This document shows positions 1 to 12,024 of a DNA stretch of 64,000 nt, in pieces; positions within the stretch are counted from its first letter, which is position 1; each line of letters starts with the position of its first letter. The stretch lies in assembly GCA_964252035.1 (NCBI GenBank), contig OZ176200.1. One strand, given 5' to 3'. A program made the position numbers and the translations under genes. The stretch is from Podarcis erhardii (lineage: Eukaryota). A model generated the notes under the pieces. The model ran no database searches. It was not told the origin of the DNA and saw nothing but the letters and a program-made list of their open reading frames with translations.

Positions 1-948
1 CCAATAACACCATGTCCCGCTGCCTGAAGTCTTCAAGTGTGTTTCCTTTCCAATCTGCTTCAGTTCTCACATTTCCAACCGATGGAGGAATGCTTAATTG
101 AGGTAACCAGAAGAAGCCCTAAGCTCTGCCTTAGATTTTCTCCTAGCAGCGGTGATATCTTGTTGGGTCAGCTCTGGGTTTCCTGGCTTGTTTCTTGTTG
201 GTTTCCTCTTTCTCTCTGAAAACTGGGCACTGGGAAATGAAACTAATGATGTTTTTGTGACCTTGGAAATCCTCTTAGATTACAAGAAACATGTACCACA
301 TTGTGATGTTGAAAAGAAGATTGATGTCCAAAGGTCTCAATTTCCCATGCTCATGTTTGTCTGATAATAAAATATGAGGAGCACTGAAGTTAATGCCCCC
401 AGGCAAGTAATTTACGTCTCACTCAACAAGTCCCTCACAAACAAGTTCTGAGACAGACCCCCAAAGAGTGTTGGCTCACATCTTTTCAGAGGATATCATT
501 TCATTCCTTGAATTCCCTGGGAATCACGAGAAATGAATTTCAGAGGTTAATGGCCAGTACCCTAGATGTCAAGCACAAATACCGGGACTGAATAGTTGTT
601 GTTTTTTATGCTGATCAGTTTGGCAATGTATACATATAGCAGCACACACAATCAAACCCACACATAAATGAAGGAAACATATATTTTTTTAGGTATTTCT
701 CCTCTGGAAACTGATTGGGCCTTTGTAAATGAGAACATGTTTTGCATTTTTAAAATATTCTCATAAGCATAGCTTTGGGATTTATTTATTTTTAATAAAT
801 AAATAAAGAGAATCCTGAGCGAAACAGGAGGAATTTTGCCATCATAGATAATCAAAATGCTTTCCTGCACATAGATGTTGGTCAAAAAAGTGGTTGTTAA
901 TGGCTGGGTGGGTTGAGGGTGATTTGCAATGTCCTCTTTGTTGGTGGA

Positions 949-1046
949 CATCTTCCAGGCAGTGGAAGATAGGAGTGCCTGGCATGCTCTGGTGCATGGG
1001 GTCACGAAGAGTCGGACACGACTAAACGACTAAACAACAACAACAA
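949..1046 (+). mobile_element. BovB (RTE clade LINE) 3' end, 5'-truncated to 98 bp
   Basis: GGGGTCACGAAGAGTCGGACACGACTAAACGACTAAAC(AAC)n tail; perfect 13-bp TSD CTTTGTTGGTGGA at 936-948 and 1047-1059. Confidence 0.92.
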
Positions 1047-2939
1047 CTTTGTTGGTGGAAAGAAGCAGGAGGTGTGGTGGTTGGGCTCTATTATAGGAAT
1101 GGGTGCAGAAATGCCTCCAAATGGGGTATTTGAGGAAGGTGCGCTGTAGCCTTGGGGTCCTTTGGATTCTAAGCCCCAATGATTCCCATAAAGGTCAAAT
1201 TTTTGACCCTTTTTTGTTATGCCAGTCTTGATCTGGTGAAGCAACCTTCTACCGTACTCTGGATAATAAGAGCCAGCAGGACTTTGGATCCAAAACTTCA
1301 AGTCTCCCTGGTCTCTCAACAGGATTTCTCTGTTAGTCATGTTTAGATCATCTGAAATCAATGAGACTAACAGCATCTCAACTTAAAAGGCTTGTTGAAG
1401 AGGAAGGTATTCAGTCGGTGTCAAATATACAACAGGGGTGGGAATTTACCATGTGATCCTGTGCTTGTTTACTTGGAAGTCCAATTGAGATGAATGTTCC
1501 TCTCAAGTAGGCACACATAGCATTGCAGGTTTAGACTGTGGTAGTTCTCAACTTGTTCACATGGGTGACACTGAGATATTGCAGCATAAACAAAAGGTTT
1601 GCGGTCTGCACAGCCAAATTTTCACCACTGATGTGGAGATATGATATCCCAGAATAAGGAGGTGCTTCCAATCTTGAGTCACAACAATGAATCAAACATG
1701 AGAACCATTCCCCCAAAGACATGTCCAATGTCTACTGTTACCAGGAAGGGAATAAAGAGCTCTCGGCGTCACTAGCTGATTAAAGACTGGGGAAAAACTT
1801 CATAACTCTTAATAGCTTCAGCTGCAGCTATTATTGGCCAACCAGTACAACCCTATGTGTGCATTTTAATACCTCAGAACAATAAAGTTTGAAAGGTGCC
1901 TTGTTAGTAAACTTTGGAGGATTATGGGTTGCTAACTGTGAGCCCATGTTGCTGAAATCATGTCATACACCAGGGTGGCCAATATAGTGCTAAACTACAG
2001 TTCCCATCATCTCTGACTACGGGCTATGCTAGCTGGCTGAGACTGGTGAGAATTAAAGTCATTGGGGCGCTATATTCACTTTGCTGCCATACACTTTCTG
2101 TCAACAATATTTCACATCACCTACCATGCTTTGGGTGTCCTTATGATTTGAACTGTGGTGGGAGGAAGAGGTCACCTGGAACAGTCCATTCAGCAGAAGC
2201 ACTAAGACTTTTCATTTCTCACTTCTGTCCATTCCTTGCTGGCCTTATGAACAGCAAATCAAGGGAGATGCATTTCAGAGACCTTCTGAGTCTCTGTATA
2301 GCTCATGCCTCTTCTGCTGATGCAGATTTTGCTGCTAAGCTGTTGTGGTGTGTTCTTTTTGTGTGTCCGTTCATTCTGTGTGTTTACATTGGTTATTTTT
2401 GCCGTCTTCAACGTAGAATAACATTTTGACATAAAACCGAACAGTCTAACCAGTGCCGGATTCCAGGTATTTCTCTCCACTCTTGAACCACTTAACTCAT
2501 CCACATGCCTTGGATCACAACTGATTGGAAAGCAGGACTCTAGCAGGCAGGGAGCCAGCTGAGCCAAATTCAGTAGCAAGTGCTAAGCTCTAACACATTA
2601 CTCTTGAAAAAGCACGGAGACGCGAATAAAACCCCAATTAGTCTGCCGCTGCCGAATGCTTTGGGGGAGCTAATTATGACAAGTGTCTCAGAAGTGCAGG
2701 ATTATCTCTGTTCCAGCCCACTGCTTTTAAATGGTAGGTTCTACAATTTATACTACTGTATTTCCTTCTGAGGGCCCAGCAGAATAAGGTCACTTTATGC
2801 CAAGAGAGTAAATGTCATGGATCAGGGAAAAGCAGGCATGATATTTACACAGGAATTCACTGTTCAGAATCTGACTGGCACATGCCTACCCTATTTTATG
2901 TGCTCTTGCAGTAGCAACAGCAACCCTGATCATATATCA

Positions 2940-3150
2940 AACCAGTACAATGTAGTGAATAAAGTGTTGAACTAGGACCTGGCAGACCAGGGTTCAAATC
3001 CCCATTCAGTCATGAAGGTGACTGGGTAACTAGGGACCACTCTCAGCCTAACCTACCTCACTGGGTTGTTTGTCAGGATGAAATAGAAGAGGGGGGCAAT
3101 GCCACCTTGAGCACCCTGGGAGAAATATGGGATATAAAAGTAGTAAAATA
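2940..3150 (+). mobile_element. tRNA-derived MIR/Squam3-like SINE, diverged
   Basis: A-box-like TGTAGTG and B-box-like GGTTCAAATCCC head, CTCTCAGCCTAACCTACCTCAC core, A-rich end; same family as 33102-33333; boundaries approximate. Confidence 0.6.
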
Positions 3151-3310
3151 AATGAATAAATGCTACCCACCTTACTGTTTCAGAGGAATAAATAGCTGTC
3201 CTGACTTTCCTTATTGTGTTGTTGCTGTTACATTTTATTATTTTATGCATTTTAAAAAAACAGCAACACCTTACATACCATCCTTCTAAAAATGAAGTGG
3301 TGAATGGAGC

Positions 3311-3314
<4 letters not shown>

Positions 3315-3348
<34 letters not shown>

Positions 3349-3364
3349 CACACACACACACACA
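3315..3364. repeat. (GA)n-(CA)n compound microsatellite
   Basis: Directly visible. Confidence 0.95.
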
Positions 3365-5029
3365 GTTTTAAAGAATAGCAGAAAAAAATATCATAGACAT
3401 AACCACAGCAGAAAGTTGACACCAGAAAGTAAAGTCAAATTCCTTAAACACACATTCACACTAAAATTCCTGATCTGAAAAGAGCAAGCTGCCTAAAATT
3501 AGATGTTGTTGTTGTCCAGAAAGCTTTTCAGCTGGGTGAATTCCACAACCTAAATGCGAGAGAGAGCAAAGCAGTTGTCTGCTTTCAATCTCCTAAAACA
3601 CTCATAACAATTGAAGAGATTCCTGCTGGATTCATAAAAAAATATATTAAAAAATCGCTTGATAATATTTTAATGTTGATTTCATTATTTATTATTATTG
3701 GCTGTTAATTTTTTTTTTAATAAGTCAGTCACACACATACACAAGAGGGGGGAATGCTCATCCCCCCCAATCTATACTGTTATGGACAGAGGGCTCTGCC
3801 ATCCACCAGCACAGGCACACACTCTTTCCTCTTGCTGTTTGCTATAAACACTTCAAAGTTCAGCCTAGACAGCAGATTAAGGCAAAGTGTGCAGTAAAAT
3901 TCAAATCAGCACACTTTCAAATGACTTGAATGGGGTTCTGCTTAGCTCCCTTCGAAGAAAATCCCTCACATTTTGAAGGGAAATCTTTAATACTTTGAAA
4001 ACATTTTGTCCCTTAAGGGAGCATGCTCGTTTTTATATAGCTGTTTCATCTACAGCCAAACAATACCTGATAATATACTTTTCAAGAGATAATTCTCCCT
4101 TGAGTCACTTAATCAGACTCTACTCCCCAAAGAGAAATATCCATCTCTAGCTTTAAAAACAAATATACCTGAGCTTGTTTGAGCTGATGTGTTCTGATGC
4201 GTACATGTAAAATTACCAGGGGCTTTAATTATGACAGCTGTGTTTTAAAGGCTGTAGATCCATTTCCCTTCTTTTGTTAGGCACTTCTTCATGAAAACTT
4301 GGCCAGTTTATTGAAGAGTGGGCAAGCTGCGTCTGTCTGTGGTCACTTTTCATTACTGAGCTGTCCTGCAGAGTCACCCTGAGCACAGGCATCTTTACAT
4401 TATAAAGAACTCCAAAAAGGGATGGACTGCCTATGATGCAGAGAATCCAAATGATCACACGTTGAGAAAGATCAAAGGCAATGTCTTAATACTAACTAAA
4501 AAAATCTGACTCATCAAAGCTTTGTTTCATCTTAATGCTTACAAAACATCAGCTCATTTATTTTTTACTGGTCAAAGAAAGCTTACTATTTTTCCCCCCT
4601 CCCAACAGCACAGCAGCAGGATAACAAGACATCTTGTTTTTTATTATTCTTTTTTATTCAAGGGACCTGCACATTCCCAGCGGTGATCCTATTGGCTAAT
4701 GAACCTGGGATCATTAACTCCTAACACGGGAGACTTTAATGGTATTATCCATTCTATTTAGGGGTATAGATTCATGAATTTAACCTTAAGACACTAACCT
4801 GCACTTTTTGACCTTAAAGAACTTCTGGGTTAATGGCAAACAGCAAGCATTGCCAAACTGAACAGAATGAAAAGTCTATGAGCAAAAAGGGCAACCTGGA
4901 ATCTGAGAGTTCACCACAAAGGAAAAGGAAAGAACACAGAAAGGCAGACATTTTTGTTGCAGCTTGGTAGGATAATCAAATTATCAGTCTGTCACTCTAT
5001 GACGGCATTCACACCATGCATTCGAAAAA

Positions 5030-5285
5030 GGACTCTGATACCACTTTAAAAAACCATGGCGTCCCTCAAAGAATTCTTGGAGTTGTAGTTTGTAAAGGGT
5101 GCTGAGAGTTGTTAGGAGACCCATATTATCCCCTCCCAGAGTAGCATATCCTAGGGTGGTTTAATTATTAATCACTCTTCACAAAGATTTGTGGGAATTA
5201 TTGCTCTGTGATGGGAATAAGGGTCTCCTAACAACTCTCAGGACCCTTTACAAACTACAACTCCCAGGAGTCTGTAGGGTGTGAA
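5030..5285. mobile_element. Palindromic non-autonomous DNA element (MITE-like), degraded
   Basis: Internal inverted arms (GTTGTAGTTTGTAAAGGGT..GAGAGTTGTTAGGAGACCC / GGGTCTCCTAACAACTCTC..ACCCTTTACAAACTACAAC); related copy at 39451-39789. Confidence 0.65.
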
Positions 5286-5286
5286 A

Positions 5287-5432
5287 AAGGTAAAGGTAAA
5301 GGACCCCTGGACAGTTAAGTCCAATCAAAGGCAATTATGGGGTTGCGGCGCTCATCTCACTTTCAGGCCGAGGGAGCTGGCATTTGTCCACAGACAGTTT
5401 TCCAGGTCATGTGGTCAGGATGACTAAACCAC
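5287..5432 (-). mobile_element. Sauria SINE, 3' portion
   Basis: GGTAAAGGTAAAGG tail repeat; body aligns by eye with the copy at 26977-27344. Confidence 0.85.
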
Positions 5433-5624
5433 TCAGTCTAGCAGTTTAGCTCACCACAGAAAAAAAGCTGTTAGCAGCATTGTCTTTACTAGATCAGCAC
5501 CAACGTGCACTGTGTACAGATGTTACAAGTAGTCTTTTTCTCTGAACCCGGAGAGGGTTCTCTGCTTCAAAGCCCTTGCTGTGTTAAAGTCCACAGCCAA
5601 GTCTCAAGTTCAGTTGCTTGCAAA

Positions 5625-5730
5625 GCCCTCATGAGGCTTGTTTTCCAGACCCTTGATAATCTTGGTTACTCTCCTCTGCAAACGTTCCAGGTCATCAATA
5701 CCCTTCTTAAATTGTGGAACTTCCCTGTTT
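5625..5730 (-). mobile_element. CR1 LINE ORF2 C-terminal fragment
   Basis: Minus strand reads KKGIDDLERLQRRVTKIIKGLENKPHE, matching the CR1 'LERVQRRATKMIKGLE' motif. Confidence 0.8.
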
Positions 5731-6279
5731 GTTTTAGTTTTTTAACTGATTTCAATGGGAGACCAGTCCAGTCTTCTGATGCCTGCAGCTTCCGTATTTT
5801 CCATCCAAATGGCATGACATTTGCAGGGCTTCTGTCCCACCTTGATCAAACCTGCTAAATTTTAAAGACCCCGTTTTATATCTATTAATTCAATGCTTTG
5901 CCTCCCTGTACCCTTTCTGTAGCCTGTAGTTAATTGGCATATAAGATATGCATTGCATCCTCCCCAATAAAAGCCTTGTATAGATTTGCCTTAAGTGTTC
6001 TCATTGCCACTTAGATGTACCATTATAAAAATGAAACCCAAAGCACAGAAAACATGTTGCTGGGTGCCTGATTTTTCTGACCTACATAAGATTCACAGTC
6101 TGAAAGCCAAGATTAATTGCCGCTCTCCTAAGCCACCTGGCTTTTCCACACCTAATCAATGGGAGCTCAATTAGAGCATCATTCCCTGTTTCCTCACATT
6201 GAATGAATATGGATCAGTTCATTACATCAACACAATGTCTGCTGTGAGGCCAGTCTAAGTGCAAAAGTGGGTTTCTTAG

Positions 6280-6490
6280 CTCAGCAAAATGGCAGGGGAA
6301 GATATCAGGAAACTCTGTCAAGTACTTTTCGGAGGGCAAGGAAGGGCACACATGAGGCCAGCAAGAATCCTGTTTGTAAGTCTCTGGTTCTGTTCTTGGC
6401 ATGGGATGCAAAAAGGTGCCATCCTGAATGACTGTCAACACTGTTTTAAGTTATGTTTCATCAGGTTCAAAAGTGCAAGATGGAGCATGA
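6280..6490 (+). other. Candidate exon pair (6280-6375 and 6465 to stop at 6490), product unidentified
   Basis: tttcttag acceptor, 96-nt phase-1 symmetric exon (QQNGRGRYQETLSSTFRRARKGTHEASKNPV), gtaagt donor, 89-nt intron ending tttcatcag, in-frame CSKVQDGA-stop; no homolog recognised, could be chance. Confidence 0.2.
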
Positions 6491-6521
6491 TCTTCTGAGG
6501 GTTGGAATTGTGTTTACTCAC

Positions 6522-6586
6522 AGACTTCACATAAACATACGAGGAAAATTTCAGGTCCGATGGAATGTCTCTTTGTACCATGTCAC
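6522..6586 (-). other. Candidate 65-nt coding exon (GDMVQRDIPSDLKFSSYVYVKS), product unidentified
   Basis: Pyrimidine-rich acceptor ..gttttgcaag, consensus donor gtgagt, only one open frame; no homolog recognised. Confidence 0.25.
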
Positions 6587-8053
6587 CTTGCAAAACAACA
6601 GCAGCAAGACAACCTCATGGGATATGTGTGGGCATAAATAATTATTCAAATATGCATGGATAGAGGCACTACTTGTGTAAAAAAATGTGGTGTTATGTAT
6701 GATCAATGGACATACAAACAGACTATAAATTTGTACTTTCGGCTCGAGAATTCCAACATTTGCATTTCTTAAATGTCCATGACGATCATATGTGGTTGTT
6801 GACATGACTTCCATCATAAAAAAAGAAAGAATTGCATTTCAGTAATGAAACAACAAGACTGCAAGCCTAGATAGGTCTATTCAGAAGTAAACGCTAATGA
6901 GTTCAATGGGACTTACTTCCAGGTAAATGAGTATAGGATTACAGCCTAAACAAAGTTATTGTAGAGCCAGTGTAGCTAAACTGTGGCCCTCAAAGGTTCT
7001 CAGATGCCAACCATTGGGCATGCTGGCTGGCGATGACAAAAGGGGAGCCACTCCTGTTATAGAGGACCAACAGAGGTATCCATGCTCAGTTGCAAAGCAT
7101 TCCATTTTACCTTTTTTATATAGGTGTTTACATTTCTGTTTGCAGTTTCAGTAGGGCTTTGATCTCACAGACATTTTATTTAGATGACCTGATGTGTGTC
7201 TAGTCATATATCCATGCAGACAACTGGAAATAATTATCACTATTTCTATTTCCAGGGAAAATTTAGTGTTGTGACAAATCTTTTAGAAAGGCCCAAGTTT
7301 TAACCTGCCGCTGCTTCACCACATTTCTCTCCCTCTTTTCTAGAAAGCATTTCTCCCCTTCCTAGCTGATCTGCTATCCCAAAATGAGCATAAAATGCCA
7401 AGACACTAAGGAGCCAATCAGTTGTGACTATATGATAATATTGCTAAAAGCAAATTAAACTGATTTAGAGAGAGAATAATGTTTCCTGGACTAATCACAT
7501 GGGTGATCACAGCCCCTCAGGGATCACATAATGAATGTGACAGTGACACTGAGAGCCAACAAAGTCCATCTTTTTAGGCATCACTGATGATTTTCACCCG
7601 CTTTTAAGCAATTCTAAAAAGAAATACTGAAAGGAGACAGTGCCTTTTGATGATAAAGAGTTTATAAGAAGCACATCCCTTTGTGGGGTGAGGGTAGCCT
7701 AATACACATATTAATATCACAGTCGTTTATGTAGCATTAGCTAATTCCACAAAATGTGTGGAAATACTGTGAAAAGCCATAAAGGTTAAATCAAGATCTG
7801 CCCTGTCCCTTGCGCATCTTCTAATCTTGTTTTCAGTGGCTTCCAAGTTTATTAGGATGGTGTGAGTTTCCACTTGGCTTCTGCTATCTTCTTTTTCTGC
7901 GCTGTGTCATTATCAGCGATCACACCCACTCTAAGCTCCCTGTCATCCATTCATTCCTTTCAAGTGTTTTATCTTGCCACCATTGTAAAGCAATTCATCT
8001 TTGTGCAGCTTTCAAGGTAGGATTCATATACATAATAATGTGGCACTTAACGG

Positions 8054-8150
8054 ATTATGATGTGATTGTATCTGGACTGGTATGAGGCTGAAATAAACGT
8101 GCCTGGTCATGATACCTTTTTGGGTAATCGGGCTGCTACGGTATTATGAG
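8054..8150 (+). mobile_element. Old CR1/L2-type endonuclease remnant
   Basis: Frameshifted DYDVIV..WYEAEINVPGHDTFLGNR resembles the APE motif region (ETW..INIPGY..FRRDR). Confidence 0.35.
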
Positions 8151-8543
8151 CAACGGAATGGGAAATGTCTCCCATTTGTTTCATGATGACAGAAAGTTAA
8201 TGACACTACCTCCGGTACATATTAGGTAATTACTTGGGAGGAGTACCAGGAAGTGAATCTTGCACCATGTATGGTAGACTCAATGATAAGGTAGACAGAT
8301 GGTAAACATCTTTCTTTAGCCAATGAAACCACTGTCACTGGTGTTGTCAGAGTATGAAAATGCATAGCTTAAATCTTACCTCTGAAGTGGAGCTCATGTT
8401 GTTTGGCCAGGTGACAACCAGTATGACATAGTAGACATAGTGCTGGAGTAAGACTAGTGATACCTGAGTTCAGATTGCCATCTCTCAGCCTAGCCACCAT
8501 CACAGATTTGTTGTGTGAATGGAGCTCAATTGGTGCAATAATA

Positions 8544-8758
8544 CAGTGGTACCTCGGGTTAAGAACTTAATTCGTTCTGGAGGTCCGTTCTTAACCTGAA
8601 AATCTTCTTAACCTGAGGTACCACTTTAGCTAATGGTGCCTCACACTGCCGTCACACAATTTCTGTTCTCATCCTGAAGAAAAGTTATTAACCTGAGGTA
8701 CTATTTCTGGGTTAGCGGAGTCTGTAACCTGAAGCATCTGTAACCCGAGGTACCACTG
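8544..8758. mobile_element. Tc1/mariner (Tigger-like) MITE, family A
   Basis: TIRs CAGTGGTACCTCGGGTTA / TAACCCGAGGTACCACTG, TA on both sides; other copies at 24195-24414 and 31072-31282. Confidence 0.92.
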
Positions 8759-9839
8759 TATAAGCCTCTTCCAAAATATCAATTCAATCCCAGGAAGGAG
8801 TCATTTAACTTCTCTGATTCCTGTAATGTGATTCGGCCCTCAGATCCACCTCTGTTATCATCATGATTTTCTGCCACATAAGTATTTGTAATTTCTGGTT
8901 GAGAGCTTCCGATCATGCAGTTTATTCTTTCTGAATGCTCATCTCTGTTGAGCAAATTATTATGTTAATCACCATCTTTGACTTTCCAAGATAGCACCCA
9001 GCCCAGCTTGTGGAACATGTAAATATCGCAGCCTTGCTTTTCTTTTAAATGCGAGAGGAGGTTTGCCCCACAGAATCATGGAAACCACAAAGGCATAATC
9101 AATGTCATAAAAAAGGTACACATTAACATCCAGCTATGTAATTACCTTACAATTTAGAGGCCCTCATATACATGAAGATAATATGGCTCTGTAATGTGGC
9201 TGAAATGATATTTCTGAAAACAGATGCTTTCTCCAGCCATCTGTGATAAGTCTGTTTGTGCTCTAGCCTTACTCCTTGCCTGCAAGCCAAAATAAATAAA
9301 ACAACAACCTAAAAACGCCTCATGAATGGCACTGGTGAAATAACTTCCATTCATTAATGTTCATATCACGTAATTTTCCTTTTCTCTAGGCATACAGCAC
9401 AGTTCCCTGTATTACACAAGATTTCTCTAGTTAAAGCTGCCCTGGTCATTATTTAACCCCAGTGAAATTAATCAAGGTTAAACTAAAACTGACCCTAGAC
9501 CAGTGGTGTTTGTTGGTGTCCCTTTTCCCTTATAAAAGAAGATGGAGCCACTGTTCCAGATGCTATTAGACCTCAAATAGGCAAGAATTTTATTGTCTGT
9601 GGAATGAATCAAGCGAGAACTCATTTGTCTAAATGTCCAGGGAACATCCAAAACATTGTGATGATAAAAAAGTTTGCTTAAATGCATAGGTTGGCTAACC
9701 TGGATGGAGTAACAGGACAGCTTCTTGCTTGGCTCCAACAGCTCCAGCCAGCATGACCAATGGGTAGCAACATCTGGAAAGCTCAGGTTCCCCATCCCTG
9801 ACTTAGATGGACTCTTGTAATTTGAACGGAATTGTTTTT

Positions 9840-10507
9840 TTTTTTTTTTTTAATTTTTTTTATTGAATTTCATTTGACACACACATACAAAGACAAAAAA
9901 CAAAAAAGAAAAACAAGCAAACAAAGAAAAAACCACAGAACAAAAAAAAACTAATACATTAAACATCTTACTTCCATCCCTGCCGATTTCGGATTTCTTC
10001 TTTTAATGACTGAATTTTAACAGCTGGTGTTAATATGTGGTTTATACCTCGAGAGTTTTATAGCTGACCTGCTATAGTTGGTAAGTTTCGTAAATTTCCT
10101 TCAATATAGACCATAAATTTATTCCAATCGTCCTTTAACTTTGCATTTTTTTGGTTTCTGATTCTTTGGGTCATTCTTGCCAATTCAATAAAATCATATA
10201 ATTTTGTTTGCCACTCCTTCACCGTTGGTATGTTTGTATTTTTCCAATTTTGAGCGACTAATATTCTGGCTGCTGCTGTTGAGTATTGAAATAGAGTTTT
10301 GTCTTCCTTCCTAATTTCCTCTCCGATAATACCTAGTAAAAAGGCTTCTGGTTTTTTTGGGAATGTGTATCTGAATATTTTCTTTAGCTCATTATATATC
10401 TGATTCCAGAATTTTTTCATTTCCCCACATCCCCACCACATATGTATAAAATTACCTTCTTTTATGTATAAGACCGGTAATAAGGCCTGTTGGAAATGTA
10501 AAATAAA
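9840..10507 (-). mobile_element. L1-clade LINE, 5'-truncated, with 5' inversion
   Basis: ORF2 C-terminus (KEGNFIHMWWGC..KKPEAFLLG..AARILVAQNWK..), 3' UTR, poly(A) tail; 17-bp TSD TGAACGGAATTGTTTTT at 9823-9839 and 10508-10524; 10464-10507 is inverted. Confidence 0.93.
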
Positions 10508-10854
10508 TGAACGGAATTGTTTTTGAGACCTTGTGACTTGCATAATAGTGTCTTTTGCCCAACCAAAAGTATTATTTTGCCCAACCAAAAGTGTTATTCA
10601 TGCAATTAGTAATTTCATGATGTTATCCCCCCCCCAAGTAAATACCTGCTGTGGGGATCAGGTGATCCCTGGGAGGTGAGTTGATACAGTCCCTAACAGG
10701 AGTTTACCTCTTGATGCAAATAGAAATCCTGGGGCTCCCAATCTGGAATCACAGGGAGGCCAAATGGTTAAACACCCATTTTCCAATATTGTGGGCTGAC
10801 TACAGATCAGGACATGGTTTGTGGCTACTATTATTTACCTAAAAAGAAGGATTA

Positions 10855-11446
10855 CCATATTTTTCTGTGTATTGGGCGCTCCCATGTATAGGATGACCCC
10901 TATTTTTGGGGACTCCAAATTAAGAAAATGGAGGGAGATTGACCTGAATTGTTGATGAAAATCGCTCACCCGCCGGACTAATGTTGACAGCCACACACCT
11001 CTAATAAGCTGCTTATCAGCTGTTCCCTCGCAGGCAGAATCAGAAAATCACTGAGCTTTTTGTGGGAGAGGCTCAGGAGGGGGACAAGGTGCAAGGTTTC
11101 TATGACAGGAAAGACGCAGAGAGGTGGTATTACTTTGATCGCCATGGCCAACTGGAGCTGCAGCAACGCTCACACGTAGCTGATCACAGACTCTGTGCGG
11201 CACAAATGGACCACCTTCAGCCTCCCTTCCAACTGTAGGGCGGGCTGAGTGGGAGGAGCCAAGCAGACTACGGAGGCCCCGTGGCTCGCCACTGCGAGGA
11301 GCTGCAACTGCCAGAGCATGTATGGCGGCAAGTAACATATTTATTTATATATTTAATTGATATATTCCATGTATAAGATGACCCACATTTTTAAACTTGA
11401 AAAAATTGGGGGGGGGGGACCTTGTCTTATACATGGAAAAGTACAG
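10855..11446. mobile_element. pogo/Tigger-type non-autonomous DNA transposon
   Basis: TA-flanked imperfect TIRs CCATATTTTTCTGTGTATT / GTCTTATACATGGAAAAGTACAG, internal GTATA(A/G)GATGACCC repeats. Confidence 0.7.
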
Positions 11447-12024
11447 TAACATGATTTCTAGTAATATGAATGATGTCACATCTCTCATGATGCTGAGTGA
11501 GTGAACTGAGTTGCGCTTGGTATAGACGTCACCAAGGCTTAAAGCAACACTGCATCAGGGTCAAAGGAGCACACATGCATATTCTAACTGCCTCCCTGAG
11601 CTATCTTGGTGGAAGATGTCCTAGAGAACATTCCACTTTGTTTAAGCAACAACAGCATAGTCTATTAATGCTGTGTGAAAGGATTTTGGAAAGCAATACT
11701 GTAGGGAAACAGTGTACGAAACAAATATAGTCAACCTTTCTCTTTTCAAAATCTCTATGGGTTATTCATCAAAATTCTTTGCAATTCCATAATCAAATGT
11801 GCACAAATAGCCCCTGAATTCATCTATTGTTACTAGGGAAGTGTCATTTTAAATATGCCTTTAGCACAGCCCTCCCCAACTTGGTACCCCACCAGATGTT
11901 TTGAACTACAACTTTCATCCCTCCGATTTCCACATAACCAGAAAATTGCTGGATGAGAAAGACCATCCTCCTGGTAGGGATGGGAAAGACTAAAGTTGCT
12001 CATTATATGCAAATTAAGAGCCAT

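Noticed and set aside
5505-5858. 117-aa plus-strand ORF
   Set aside because: Largely the antisense of a CR1 fragment
10058-10588. 176-aa ORF as a gene
   Set aside because: Chimera of flanking DNA, the antisense of the inverted L1 segment and the L1 ORF2 C-terminus
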